Source: Felis catus
Lineage: Eukaryota
DNA: 64,000 nucleotides
Direction: 5' to 3'
NCBI RefSeq assembly: GCF_018350175.1
Contig: NC_058368.1
Span: 201,564,001 to 201,628,000, forward strand
Part shown: positions 1-12,329 of the stretch, one piece after another
Layout: each line of letters begins with the position of its first letter
Position numbering within the stretch: the stretch's first letter is position 1
Position numbers and translations under genes: made by a program
Notes under the pieces: model-generated
Seen by the model: only the letters and a program-made list of their open reading frames with translations
Told to the model about the DNA's origin: nothing
Database searches by the model: none

Positions 1-16
1 CGTTTCCTTGAAACAT

Positions 17-232
17 ACTGTCTGGGAACAAATGCTGACTCTGCTTCTTACTAGCGTGCAGCCTTGGAGAGGTTATGTTATCTCCCTGTGCCTCAACGTT
101 TTCATCTGTAAAATAGAGGTAATGAGAGTACCTATTTCCTTCCTCCATTGTGAGGGTTAAAGAGTTAAATCACACAAAGTACCACAGTGAGCCTGGTAAA
201 TAAATGCTCAGTAAACATTAGCTGTTATTATT
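17..232 (+). mobile_element. MIR SINE (ancient)
   Basis: MIR core 'ctgtgcctcaacgttttcatctgtaaaatagaggtaat' and 3' end 'taaatgctcagtaaacattagctgttattatt'. Confidence 0.85.
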
Positions 233-269
233 CTCTCTTACCCTTTCTTGCATAAATCCTGTTCTTCAG

Positions 270-1047
270 GCTGTATTTTCTTTCTCAGTTAATGGCAGCA
301 GCATCAGCTCAATCTCCATACTAAAATTGTCGCAGTCACCTTCTAACCTCTTTCTACATTCAGCTGTGCTTTATATCCAGTTTCCACCAACTACATAAAC
401 GTTTAATCTTCCATTTCCTTTCCCTCTGCTGCTGCCCAAGTCCAGAGCTTCATTATCTCTAACCTGAATTATTGCAACGGCTCCCTTCTGAATTGCCTGC
501 CTTCCATCTTTACCCTCCGTTCATCCTCAGCTCAATGTTCCTTTTCTACGCACAGACATCATTTTAAACCCTTTTCTGTTTGATCATCACCTTCAGAACA
601 AATTGAAATGTTGGGCACAATGTAGCTAATTTTCCTTCTTTACCTCCGACTAGGCACCTCTGCTGCCTTCGCCGACTGCTCCCAAAACACACCGGGTGCT
701 TGAGTTCATCTGTGTGTCTGCAAAGCTGTTCTGTGTGCCTCCATAGCTTATCTACCCTGTCTTATTTATCAAATTTCTACCTATCTTTCAAGCACCAGTT
801 TAAATGGCATGTTAGTAAGCCATCTCTTTTGTAGCTCCATTCCCTGAGAAAGGTAATAGATAGAGGATGGATGATAGACAGATAGGTAGATGGATCTTAA
901 TTAATTTGTGTGGTATTTATTTGTTTATATTTCTATACTTGACTAGATCGTGAATTTTTTCTTTTGGGCTATACTTTTTCTATTATTTCTAGCCCCCGCA
1001 GAGCTCCTGACACATATTAAGTGCCCTATGAAGTTGCATTGAATAAT
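270..1047 (+). mobile_element. L2 LINE 3' fragment
   Basis: L2-like 'gtccagagcttcattatctctaacctgaattattgcaacggctcc' and terminal 'cctgacacatattaagtgccctatgaagttgcattgaat'. Confidence 0.7.
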
Positions 1048-1089
1048 TCAGTCTGCTTCCCAAATGCCCCATACTTACCTGTCTCTTTT

Positions 1090-1795
1090 TAAGCTTACAG
1101 AATCTAATACAAAAATCCCTTTCCCATTAACCCTACTTTGCTAGTCTCACTGCTTTCTCCAGTTCAGGACTTCATCACCACTGGCATAGATTATTACAAG
1201 AACCTCCCATTTGATCACCAGCTTTAGTTTCTCTTCCTCTCAAAGCCACCCATGATATATTGCTGCCAGAGGTATTTTCATTAACAACAGATTCTATGGT
1301 GTTATTCCATTGCTCAGAACCTTTCAAAGTGTCCCCTTGACTACAGAGCAAAATGTAAACTCTTTAGCATTGCTCCTTCTAACTCTCCAGCATTACATCA
1401 GATATCTCCTCCCCACCCACCACACACATGCTATACTCCAGCATTCCTTCAACCTAGAATGACCATACTCCAATATATTGATATCTTGTCCATCTGTCAA
1501 AACCCAACTTGAAAGGCCTTTCTTCCATAAAACCTTTCACAGACCCCTTAGTCAGAAATAATCTCTTCTCGTCTTGTTTTTGCAAAGCTTAGGTAAAGGC
1601 ATTTGTTTGAGCATGTCACATTCTCCCTACTATCTCAGTGTATGGTCTTCACATGATAGAGTTTTAGACAGTATTCTGTCTCCTTCAATAGACTGTAAGT
1701 CTCAAGTCTCTAGGCAGAAGTTTTGTCTATCATCGTTGAATTTTCCACAATGCATTATACAGAGTAGATGTCAGAAAAGGTTACTGATTGAATTA
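1090..1795 (+). mobile_element. L2 LINE 3' fragment (second copy)
   Basis: 'cttcatcaccactggcatagattattacaagaacctcc', 'atagactgtaagtctc' and an L2-type terminus 'ttactgattgaatt'. Confidence 0.7.
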
Positions 1796-2322
1796 AGAAG
1801 GCATACCAGAAGGAATGAAGTTAGAATGTGCAGAGCCAGAGAGAAGAAGGCATCTAAACAGTGGCCCAGAGACGGGGTCATGTAAATGTGTCTGGGTCTG
1901 AGGACTACAGTCAAAAATTAGTGAGAAGTAGAAAACAAATCTGTAAAGTTGTTTGTGTAGACCTCGAATGCCAAGCTGAGATGTTAAAACATCATCTGTT
2001 GTTACTTGGGATTCTTGTAGTTTCGTGAGCAAGAGTGTTATTTGTTAAACATACTGTTTTCAACTTCTCTGATAGTTGATTTGAGAATAAAATGGAAGAA
2101 AGAGAACACAAGGATACAGTGAGAAGCCTTTTACATTTATCCAGGTTGAAGTGCCCTTAACCAGGGCAACGACACCAAAAAGAAAGACCATAAAGACATT
2201 GTGAGGAAAAAGACATAGGATTTGGTAGAAAAAAAAATTAAATGCAAGAAACAAAGAGAAAATGGTTGGGTTACTTGGACAGTTGCTAGATATTTCCTGC
2301 AACTAACATAATATCTGTTTCA

Positions 2323-2510
2323 AAGCACCTGTGTGGCTCAATCTATTAAGCGTCTGATTCTTGATCTGGCTCAGGTCATGATCTCATGATCTCTCAGCCT
2401 TACGTCGGGCTCCGCACTGAGCACGGAGCCTGCTTAAGATATCTCTCCCTCTTCTGACCCTCCCCACCCCCAATCTCTCAAAACAAAACAAAAGGAAACA
2501 AAACAAAAAA
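2323..2510 (+). mobile_element. Can-SINE, older diverged subfamily, internally deleted
   Basis: 'gcacctgtgtggctca...ctcaggtcatgatctca...gagcctgcttaagat', CT-rich segment, A-rich tail; possible TSD 'cataatatct' at 2307 and 2531. Confidence 0.85.
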
Positions 2511-2711
2511 CCATATTACCAGAAAAACGTCATAATATCTTTATATCTGCTTGTTACTATATCTTGGTAATGGTTTAAAATACCAAGATATAGAAAGAGT
2601 GGCAGGATATACTGCCACCACTCTGACTTGTTAGGAAGAGTGTATAAGTGAAGCAAAGGGACGGTAGCCTTTGTTGAAAGACATCTTATTCTCAAATTAA
2701 AAATAAATGAT

Positions 2712-2924
2712 GGGGCGCCTGGGTGGCGCAGTCGGTTAAGCGTCCGACTTCAGCCAGGTCACGATCTCGCGGTCCGGAGTTCGAGCCCCACGTCAGGCTC
2801 TGGGCTGATGGCTCAGAGCCTGGAGCCTGTTTCCGATTCTGTGTCTCCCTCTCTCTCTGCCCCTCCCCCGTTCATGCTCTGTCTCTCTCTGTCCCAAAAA
2901 AAATAAATAAAAACGTTGAAAAAA
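2712..2924 (+). mobile_element. Young felid Can-SINE (SINEC_Fc type)
   Basis: 'ggggcgcctgggtggcgcagtcggttaagcgtccgacttcagccaggtcacgatctcgcggtcc' with CpGs retained; perfect 17-bp TSD aaattaaaaataaatga (2694-2710 / 2925-2941). Confidence 0.97.
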
Positions 2925-3077
2925 AAATTAAAAATAAATGAACTGACACTTGATATACTAAAAGTTCATGATAATGAAATGCCTCATGGTTTTTACTCTT
3001 AGTAGCATTATGATCTCAGAACTTATAATAAACAGGAAGTCAGACATGCATTATACGCTCTAGTAAAGCAGATTTAG

Positions 3078-3284
3078 GAGCGCCTGGGTGGCTCAGTCGT
3101 TAAGCATCCCACTTCAGCTCAGATCATGATCTGGGGGTCTGTGAGTTCAAGTCCTGTGTCAGGCTCTGTGCTGACAGCTCAGAGCCTGGAGGCTGCTTTG
3201 GATTCTGTGTCTCCTTCCCTCTCTGCCCCTCCCCCACTCACACTCTGTCTCTCTCAAAAATGAATAAACATGAAAAAATTGAGA
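3078..3284 (+). mobile_element. Can-SINE (SINEC_Fc2-like)
   Basis: Can-SINE head, (CT)n and A tail; TSD aaagcagatttag (3065-3077 / 3285-3297). Confidence 0.95.
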
Positions 3285-3311
3285 AAAGCAGATTTAGAAA
3301 GATACAAGAGT

Positions 3312-3341
3312 GTGCTTACTTCAGCAACACAAATATTCAAA
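3312..3341 (+). pseudogene. 3'-truncated (tailless) U6 snRNA retrocopy
   Basis: gtgcttacttcagcaacacaaatattcaaa aligns to the U6 5' end GTGCTCGCTTCGGCAGCACATATACTAAAA, with several differences at CpG sites; flanked by direct repeat aaagatacaaga (3298-3309 / 3340-3351). Confidence 0.75.
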
Positions 3342-4417
3342 AGATACAAGAAGGAAAACAGTCTCTGATCCCCAGAGTGTTGCTCAAGAGAAGGTCTTAA
3401 GCGGCAACCCTGATTCTAATTAACCTAGAAGAAGATAGAAAAGAAGTAGCTAAGAATTCAGGGTAGCAAACAAAAGGAATTCTTCTACAGGTACGCTTTA
3501 TGGATATGGACATATGGTACTGCATATGGACAAAATAAAGATCACCTAACTAAGGATGAGAATACAAGAAGGCAGGAATTTATAGTGAAGGGACTAAAAA
3601 GAATAAAAGTGGGACATGGAAAAATTTTTTAAAGATTTTTTAGTTTTGTGCTGAGTTAGAAAAAGAATTTAAAAAGCATAAGTGCACTACTTGGAACCAA
3701 ACAAAAAGCACAATTCCTATACTGTGTCCATTTTTTCATTTATTCGCTTATTACCAAATGTTAGGCTGGGCCAAATAGGCACAATAGAATGGCACTGCTC
3801 TTGCCCTCGGAGAGCTCCCAATTGCTACCCAAGATTTGGTCGTCAGACCAGAAAGCAAAGGGAAAGCTTGGCTAGAGGCAGCAGAACAGAGGAAACTGTA
3901 AGGGAACCCTCTCTGGGCTAAATGAGCTTGTTTCCTGACCTGAATGAAATATATTCCAAGATGGACTTTGCAGAAGTGAATGGCATATCACATTTAAGAA
4001 GATTCAAAATCAAGGTTAAAAGGAGAAATGCTAGAAATAGTAGCATGTTTTGTGTTTTCACCGTGACTTAATATGAGTCTATAGTGTGGCATGATTTACC
4101 ACAAAGCCAAGACATGCTTATATGATCTTAACAGAACTGTCTCACTGCACCCTGAATTGTGCAGACCACCATTCCAGAGTTTTGAAAGCACAGTTGCCTC
4201 TCTCAAACGGTGTATAGGTAAAAGGAAGCTTAGTTGTGGCCATGGATTGAACGATGGTGACCAGAGGTGGCACAGAGTATAGTCAGAAAAGAATACAGAG
4301 ACAGAATAAAACCAGAAAAGCTTTATATCTTTCGTGGGGGGGGAGAAGGTAGAAGATTTTTTTCGGAGTGCATAGTCAGAGCTCTTTTTTACCAGTTTTT
4401 AAAAGTTGCTTCCTTGA

Positions 4418-4648
4418 GGGGTGCCTGAGCCCTTGAGGGGCTCAGTTGGTTAAGAGTCCAACTCTTAATTTCAGCTCAAGTCATGATCTCACAGTTCCTG
4501 GGTTCAAGCCCCATGGCAGACTGTACTAACAGCACGGACCTTGCTTGGGATCTTCTCTCTCCCTCTCTCTCTCTCTGCCCCTTCCCGACTCACATGCTCT
4601 CTCTCTCTTTCAAAATAAATCAACTTTAAAAAATAAATAAATAAAAAT
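4418..4648 (+). mobile_element. Can-SINE with rearranged 5' head
   Basis: 'ctcagttggttaagagtccaactcttaatttcagctcaagtcatgatctcacag'; TSD aaaagttgcttccttga (4401-4417) / aaaagatgctcccttga (4649-4665). Confidence 0.93.
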
Positions 4649-5172
4649 AAAAGATGCTCCCTTGAACACAGCAGAAAATATAAAAGGACAGCCTTTCCCA
4701 GGCAGTCTCCACCTCAGGTTCATCCTGCCTTACGAGTGGAAAATAGTACTCCTTCCTCTGGGTAGATACATTCCTACTATAGAACACCTGAGGAGCTGGG
4801 GTTCAGCTTTCCACTCTTCTCTTGGCCACGTGCCTTTGGCAAGGGAGCAAACTGCACGCTTCTACATGGCTCATGTGTAGGCAACTGTTCCGAGAAGTCC
4901 ACGGAAAAAAAGGACAGAAGATGGCAATGAGAAGACGTTTGGCATTTATGTGGCTTAATCCTGCCGTTTCATTGGACAGGTACCAAGCACTGGGGGCACA
5001 TTCCTTCCCACCCATTTCCATGTAGAACCATTTCCATTTGTGAATCACTCTAGGCCTCCTTCTGGCCCGGCGTGCACACTTGCAGCCCATTTCACAAATG
5101 AGCAAGCAGACCCACATACAGGGTGGGAGCCATCGTGCATCTCAGAGTGTACATTAAGATGTAGATGAGGCA

Positions 5173-5370
5173 GTGGTGTCTGGGGGGCTCAGTCGGTTGA
5201 GCGTCAGACTCTTGGTTTCCGCTGGGTCACAATCTCACAGTTGGTGGGATCGAACCCCACGTCAGGCTGTACGTGGTGCCTGCTTGGGATTCGCTTTCTC
5301 CCTCTCTCTCTGCCCCTCCCCCGATTGCTCTCGCGCTCTCTCTCTCTCAAAATAAATAAACATTAAAAAT
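5173..5370 (+). mobile_element. Can-SINE
   Basis: 'ggctcagtcggttgagcgtcagactcttggtttccgct', (CT)n, 'aaataaataaacattaaaa'; decayed TSD ending 'atgaggcag'. Confidence 0.92.
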
Positions 5371-5494
5371 AAAGGTGAATATGAGGCAGATGGAGTATCT
5401 CATGGTGAAGAGAAGGAATGAAAGTGTGATGTGAAGAAAAAATGGAAGAAGCCTGAGGCTCAACGATTGCGAAATTAATCTACGTTGGATTTAC

Positions 5495-5670
5495 AAACCA
5501 CTCAATCTGGTTGTGTATTAAAATCACCCTAAGTGTTTGTTGACGGTAGAGATTTTTGGTCTCCCCACCCAGTAATTCATATGAAATAGATCTGAAATGG
5601 GAAGCTAAAATCTGTATTTTTATCAAACATTTAAGGCAGTTTAATGCAGACCAGCTTTGAGGACTCTGCA
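5495..5670. mobile_element. MER5-family hAT-Charlie MITE
   Basis: 'aaatcaccc...aaatctgtatttttatcaaaca...taatgcagaccagctttgaggactctg' pattern. Confidence 0.65.
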
Positions 5671-6026
5671 AAATCACCGCTTTCCGCATATCATCCCTTG
5701 CTTACCAAACTAGAATGGCTTCCATCTTCACACTCTGTTAAATATGAAACCCTCTCCCTAGCTTAAAGACTTTTCCTAGTTTGGTGTCCCATGATGCAGC
5801 TAACCTTACCTCAGAGCACTTTCCAGCACAAACCTCGTTGCAAGCAGAAGGCCTCCTCAGTATCCAGCTAGGCCCCCTTCCTCCACACATATCAAACTTC
5901 CTCATATTCTTCCAATTCCAGTTTAATTAACACCTCTTGTCCACAGACACCCCCAGCTAGCATCGCCCTGAAGCTCTCTGCCTTCTCCAGACTTACTATA
6001 TTTACGGCCTGTGTCTTAGCATTTAC

Positions 6027-6236
6027 TTTTTTTTTTTAATGTTTATTTATTTTTCAGAGAAAGAGACAGATACAGAACATGAGCAAGGGAGGGGCAGAGA
6101 GAGAGAGAGAGGGAGACACAGAATCCAAAGCAAGCTCCAGGCTCTGAGCCCAATGCAGGGCTCCAACTCATGAGCCGTGACACCATGACCTGAGCCCAAG
6201 TCGGCTGTTTAAGCGACTGAGCCACCCAGGTGCCCC
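6027..6236 (-). mobile_element. Can-SINE
   Basis: Poly-T, (AG)n, 'gacacagaatccaaagcaagctccaggctc...gactgagccacccaggtgcccc'. Confidence 0.95.
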
Positions 6237-6399
6237 AGCACTTATGTTTTAAATATACACTGTTGTTTGCTGCCTTCTGGGTCCTGGGTGTTGGTCTCAT
6301 CTACAAAATCAGTTTGTAAGATATTTCTTTGTATACACCCCACTTGCTACCATGCCCATGGGTCCATAATAGTATTCAGAAGTCAACATAGCAACAGAG

Positions 6400-6710
6400 A
6401 AAGGAAGAAGAAAAGAGAGTATGTTTTGGCAAATGTAACTAAAAAGTCAGGCACATCAGCTCTGCTTTCCACCTCAGTACACAGAGAGCTCTTCTTTTCC
6501 AATTGTTGCAGCTGAAGCCCCCTATCTCACCCTCATTGGCCAGGTTGGGTACATGTCTGTTACTAGAGCAAGGGGTGAAATTAGCCCCACTCAAACCACA
6601 AGGAATGATGTGAAGAAGGGTGATTGCTCAAAGGAATATTGAGTGGCTGTTACCAAGAGCTAAGGGGAACTAGTCACTGGGGAGGGGAAAATAACAGATA
6701 TCTGTGTCTC
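6400..6710 (-). mobile_element. Old MaLR LTR fragment (MLT1K/L-like)
   Basis: 'ctcattggccaggttgggtacatg...ccccactcaaaccaca...ggctgttaccaagag' resembles old MLT1 LTRs; boundaries approximate. Confidence 0.5.
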
Positions 6711-7819
6711 CAGGGAAAATGTCTAGGTCACAGAAGAAATGAAAAACTCAGAAGTGTGTCAAGAAGTAAATCCTTCAAAAGAGACTGGATAGGAAAGGGG
6801 AAGAAAAATAAGAAATGTGGAGTTTTAGAGAGCTTGAGTTTGAAATCATAGGTGCTTGATGAATAGCATGGGTAAAGAAACATTTCTCTGATATATGCCT
6901 CCCATTATAAACCACAAAGAGAGCATCTAGTTGAGGGAAATTTGGAAGGCTAAATATGAGAAAGCTACCAAAACTGGCTGGAATTTCTAGAATTAGACTC
7001 CAGATCACAATAACTTTACCTCCACATGGTCCAGAGGGGCAACTAGAGAATCTCTGCTAGCCAGACATGTTGGGAATGGTTAGAACTTGGAAAGTGGAGG
7101 CGAATATAAACCTGATGTATTAATCCAATATTAACTACAGGGTACATCATACAACTAAGTACAATGAACTTCTCTAACGTTACTCCCGTAAAAAATATCT
7201 TACTTGGATGCAACTAACATTTGACCAGAGCTTCGATGTAATGTTCACTGGTGTTCAACCCCACTGATAGATAGGCTTATATGGACGGAATACCAGAATA
7301 GTCTCTTGCATTAGCCAGTAGAGCAACTTGTATTTTTTTTTGTACAAAGGCTAAATATATTTTAATTACACTAGATGAAAGTAAAAGCTAAATCTCGATA
7401 TCTTCAGGACTCGGTCTTTTTCATGTTTACATGTTGCTTTAAATCTGTGAAATAATAGGCCTAATTCTCCAAAGTGGGTTGGAAAATATCTTGCATATGG
7501 TACCTATTCAAGGCGGGTCAAGATGGCCATTTAGCTGACCCTCACATTCATGAAGGATCTCAGATTTAGGTTTTTTGACGTTTTCGCATAAGGTTACACA
7601 AATATTCCCAGAGACAAACTGTTAAGATTGAAAGAAATCAATGCTCTTCACACAACTTTAAGTGCCCATGCCATTATCAGAGCACGCAATTCACTGCGTA
7701 TTGTAAGTTAACACGTTTGCAAAGAATCTATAACTATTATTTTATAAATTGCCTGATTAGGTTATCTTGAATTTGAGTAGTTAAAAGTATTGTTAAATGT
7801 GAACTTTTACTTAGAACAA

Positions 7820-8441
7820 AAACTTTATAGAGGTATGATTGACTTACAAAAGGCTGTACATACTTAATGTACACAACTTGATGAGTTTGGAGATAAGTAT
7901 ATACCTGGGAAACCGTCACCACAATCTGTGCCATAAACATGTTGATAACCTCCAAAAGTTTCTTATTTCCCTCCTTTTTTTTTTCGTTTGTGTGTGTGAG
8001 AAAACCAATTAATATGAGATCTATTCTCTTAGTGAATTTTTACATATACAACACAGTATATTATTAAATATAGGCACTATGTTGTGGAGTAGGTCTCTAG
8101 GATTTGTTCGTCTTGTGTAACTGAAACTTTAAACTCTTTGACCATCCCCTCCTGTTTATCTCTCCCCCAGCCCTTGGCAACCACCGTTCTGCTCTCTGTT
8201 TCTGTGAGTTTGGGGCTATTTTCCATTCTTCATATAATTGGAGTCATATAGTATTTGTTCTTTTGTATCTGGCTTATTTCACCTAGCAAATGTCCTCCAG
8301 GTCCATCCATGTTGTTGCAAATGGGATTTCTGTCTTTTTTTAGGGCTGAATAATATCCTATTGTATGTAAATACTACATTTTCTTTATACATTCTTCCAT
8401 CGATGAACATTTATGTTGTTTCCATGCCTTGGCTATTGTAA
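7820..8441 (-). mobile_element. L1 3' end fragment (L1MA/L1MB-type)
   Basis: 'gaggtatgattgacttacaaaaggctgtacatacttaatgtacacaacttgatgagtttggagataag', 'ccccagcccttggcaaccacc', 'gtatttgttcttttgtatctggcttatttcac'. Confidence 0.9.
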
Positions 8442-9954
8442 ACTTTTAATATCTTCTTTAATGATTGTAACTCAATGTTGGCTTTTCTTAAATTTTTTGT
8501 ATTCAGTGTCTTCTGACCCCGGTCCCATAAATGACGTTAAAGAGGTCATACTTACATACAGCAAGAGAGAAAAGCTCTTTGCAGATTGGTTCAAGAAGAA
8601 GGCAATATGTCATCAGAACATCTGCCCCCATGGCACAGCTAAGCACCTATGTTGTATTTGTGCAAACTGCCCCACTGTGTCTTTTTGGAAGGTAGCAGGG
8701 CCTTTCCTAGGGCTAATGCTGGAACCTGATTGGGAGGGTTAACAGACAAGTGCAGAAGAGAAGGTAAGAAGGGGGAAAACACCTCTGGGTTCCTTCCTTG
8801 CCTGCAGCTATGATGCTAAAAGCATACATGTCTTAGAAAATCCCTGTCTCTAAATATGACACTTAAAATATTCATGTGCCATGGGTTTTCTGGAACAATC
8901 CTGATTTCAAATATTATATTATGTTTCTGAATCTAAAATTCAATTTGTGTGTGTGTGATCTTATGCAGAAAAAAGAGGAGTAAAAAAGAGAAAAAAAAGG
9001 ATTTTTTCCTTCTTACAGTTTCAGAGGACATCTGGAGGTAGGATCTGGAGCTAGAGGGGGGAAAAGGACAGATATATTGTGTCCATTCCCTCTTACAGAT
9101 CATGGTATGAAAGGTGGAATTTCTCGGTGAACCTTGAAGAGTCAGGGGCAAGGGAAATCTCTTATTTATACACATATGAGCTGAAATGGCTTGGCAGTAT
9201 ATACATAGTTTCACTTTGATAGCAGAATAACCTTTCAAGAATTCTGAAATATAAATAAGAAATCAAATAAAAATGATATAGCTCCCATTAAATAAAAGCA
9301 AAGTGTGCAGCAATGTAACACAAAGCGTGGCTTCTAAGGGCCTAGTGACAAATCACTTGAGCCTTGCTCTTAAGAATTATCTCATATCTGGAGCCCCACA
9401 CCAGAATTATACATTATATTGCACATTTATTTCTCAGTTAGGATAATGCGGGGTTGATCTCTCTGAAACAGCTGTCCATTTTGTGCCTTCATGTTTTAAT
9501 GCATCTTCAGGACACAGCCAACCAGCCAGCTTAAATCTTCCATTGGCAGGACAGCATCATAACTTAGTTTAACATTTCCTCTGGTGATTTTTTTCCTCTG
9601 CAGTTGATGTACATGTCAAATAAAGTCTGTCAAAGCTCTTTCTCATAACATAAATTCCAGATGTTTTTGGCTTCCCAAAAGGAAGATGTAATAGGTTTGC
9701 TTTTACTAATACACTTAGATAATGAAAATAGAAGTATGGCTATAAAGTCCTTTTATATGCTTTTCATGTTGAAGTATGTAAGCCATAATATGTGTTCCTG
9801 TTCTTCCTAAATGAGGTCTATATGCAGGGGGGAAAAAGAGATTTAAAGTGGAAAGAAAATGGAGGTGGTATTAGGCCAAGCTAAAACATAGCTACTTTTG
9901 ATGAAGAAAAATCAAAAAGATAAAATATACTGTGACTTTACACTTTACATTGTC

Positions 9955-10200
9955 TTCATTCATTCTATATTCAGGAGTCATTTATTAGGAATCTATTGTG
10001 TACTCAGCACTGTGTGGTAAACGAAAGGCAGAGCAAACCTTCTCCAGCAGGAGACAAGGCTTTTATCGTGGAAACATCAGTGACGTAGTCAAAGACAACA
10101 GCTAAGTGACTGTAAGGTAGGCATCACTAATTAAAAACGTCAGCAATTTCTTTAAAAAATCAGCTGAAAGGAATAATCACTTGGTGTGGGGTTAATCTTG
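9955..10200 (-). mobile_element. L2 3' end fragment
   Basis: 'cattcattc...catttattaggaatctattgtgtactcagcactgtg'. Confidence 0.55.
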
Positions 10201-10220
10201 GGAAATACTAAGGCAGATAT

Positions 10221-10395
10221 AGTCCAATATGTGGACCTCAGCCTAGCCAAGCGGTGTCAGCATCACAGGGGAACTTGTTAGAAATGAACATTTTCAGACT
10301 CACCCCAGAGCTACCGTCAGAAACTCTAGGGCTAGAGCCCCACAATCTGATTTTTCCTATGCCCTCAAGGTGATTCTGACGCCCTCCAGGACTGC
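10221..10395. mobile_element. MER5A hAT-Charlie MITE
   Basis: 'cagcatcacaggggaacttgttagaaatgaacattttcagactcaccccagagctac...ggtgattctgacgc'. Confidence 0.85.
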
Positions 10396-11150
10396 TCCAG
10401 GGAAATGCTCCAGGTGAGGGACAGTCACTCACTCACCGTCGTCAGCGATCAGACACCCTTAAGTTCCAGGTGGCAAGGTGTGTCTGGTGTGTCTAAAAAA
10501 CAGGGTCTTCGCCAGAATTCTTCCCAGAAAAACTTTAAAGCCAAAGCCCTGTCATTTAAATCTTCTGTCCTCTAGCAGAGCTATGAGGAAAAATCCACTT
10601 CAGGCAAGGTCAACATAGAATATTTTACCTTTCCCTCACCAGAAAGTCATGAAACCGAGAACCATGTTGCTTTCTGCTGTTACAGGATTCTAGTCAGAGG
10701 CTGATGTAAGTAGAAACTGACCCAACTGTAGCTTTTAGTCTCTCTGGGAAGGAGTTCCAGACAGCCCATGGTGTGTTTACTAAATTCCTATGGGCTGTTT
10801 CAAAATGTGTCGCATTCAAATCATGTGGACTTTGACCTAAAAGGGGAATCTCTCTGTCTCTCTGCCTCTCTCTGTAAAACCCACTCGCATTCTCCTTCAT
10901 TTCTTCTTTCAGTTTTAGGATATATTATTTAAAACTCAAACTGAATTTCTACATGTCTGAAGCTTTATGCACTCTAAGTATTCTGGTTTGTTTTTTACTG
11001 GGTTTGGGCTATTACAAAATGATCTTTCAACCTGACTGTTTTTTCAGTTTTCTTAGAGGGTGATATATGCTATGAAATATAAAAAGTTTCTCATTTACCT
11101 TATCTTTGCTCTTTGGATGTCTTGAATGTATGATCTACCTTTGGTTTCGG

Positions 11151-11372
11151 CAAGTGGTTTTCAGTCAGGAACAACTTTTGTTCCCCAGGGACACTGGCAA
11201 TGTCTGGAAACATTTTTAGGTATTACAACTGGGCAGGGCGGGGGTCGTTGGGTAGTGCCCCTGGAATCTAGTGGGTAGAGGCCAACGGTGTTGCTAAGCG
11301 GCCAACAATACATTGGGCAATGTCCAATTCTCTGTCCAAAATGTCAGTTGTATTATGGAGGTAGAGGAACTG
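11151..11372. mobile_element. MER20 hAT-Charlie element
   Basis: 'ccccagggacactggcaatgtctggaaacattttt...ggaatctagtgggtagaggcca...ccaaaatgtcagt'. Confidence 0.88.
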
Positions 11373-12329
11373 TTTTCCTTGGATCCCACTCTGTATAAAA
11401 GAGAAAGCCGAATGGAACAAAACAAAGCAAAACAAACAAACAAAAACATGTGGCAGGATTTAGCAATGTAAGTGCTCCTGAATGTGTAGGGGTTCCTTTA
11501 TGAGACCAATGTTGGTTTCATTGTGCCTAACAACCTCTCTTTTAAAATGAAAATCCTCTGTCTTATTTAAAAAAAAGGGCGGGGGGGGGGGGGGCAGAAA
11601 ATTACCATCAGACAATTGTGGAAATACTTAGCAGTAGAATTTCTTAGTCATAGAGCCATGGGGTTCCCAGAATTTTTCAAGTATAAACTCCTTCAGGTTC
11701 TTCTAAGCCATCACCAACACCAACAGCAACACCAACACCTTATAGATTGAGAACATAGGTGAAACGTCTGGTTAAAACTTGCTGGCCCTGGAGGTGGGCT
11801 CATTCAGATCTCTCCTTTACTCTCTGCTTCCCTCCTGCACTCTCCAATTTCTCTCTTCTTGCCATGATATCCTTCTTATTTCCCCTCCAGCTCACTCTAG
11901 TTGTCTCTTTTCCCATGCCTCTCCTCTCTTCTGTCTCTCCTCTTCACCCGGCCTCCAAAACTCTCTCCTTCCCTTTTCCTTCTCCTGTGCTCCTTGCTGT
12001 CGATACCACATACTTCTATACATGTGTGTAGATCTGGATTTGTGTAGTGTGAAAAGAGTACACTCTTTGTGTAAAGTGGCACACACTCGTAATCACTCAG
12101 AAACTAAAATCACTCTACTCTAGTTCTGGTTCTGGCTTTGAAAACTCTCCATTTGCTCTCTTGCTCCAAATGCACTGTCCTGGTCTTGTACATGGAAAAA
12201 AAGAAAATCAGAGCCTAGCGTGAAAAGAACCTCGTACTCCCATTTAGGGAAAAAAAAAATCAGGAGGTGAGTGCTTCTCCCTGTGTTCTCCTTATTCTAA
12301 TCCCCGGGCTAAGAAAAAGGGTTTTAGAT

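Noticed and set aside
2723..2941. ORFs over SINEs (also 21018, 36457, 36548, 6043, 42898)
   Set aside because: They are translations of Can-SINE sequence.
7190..7240. Faint resemblance to a CR1/L2 reverse transcriptase motif (YLD...FD)
   Set aside because: Too short, frameshifted and not extendable by eye.
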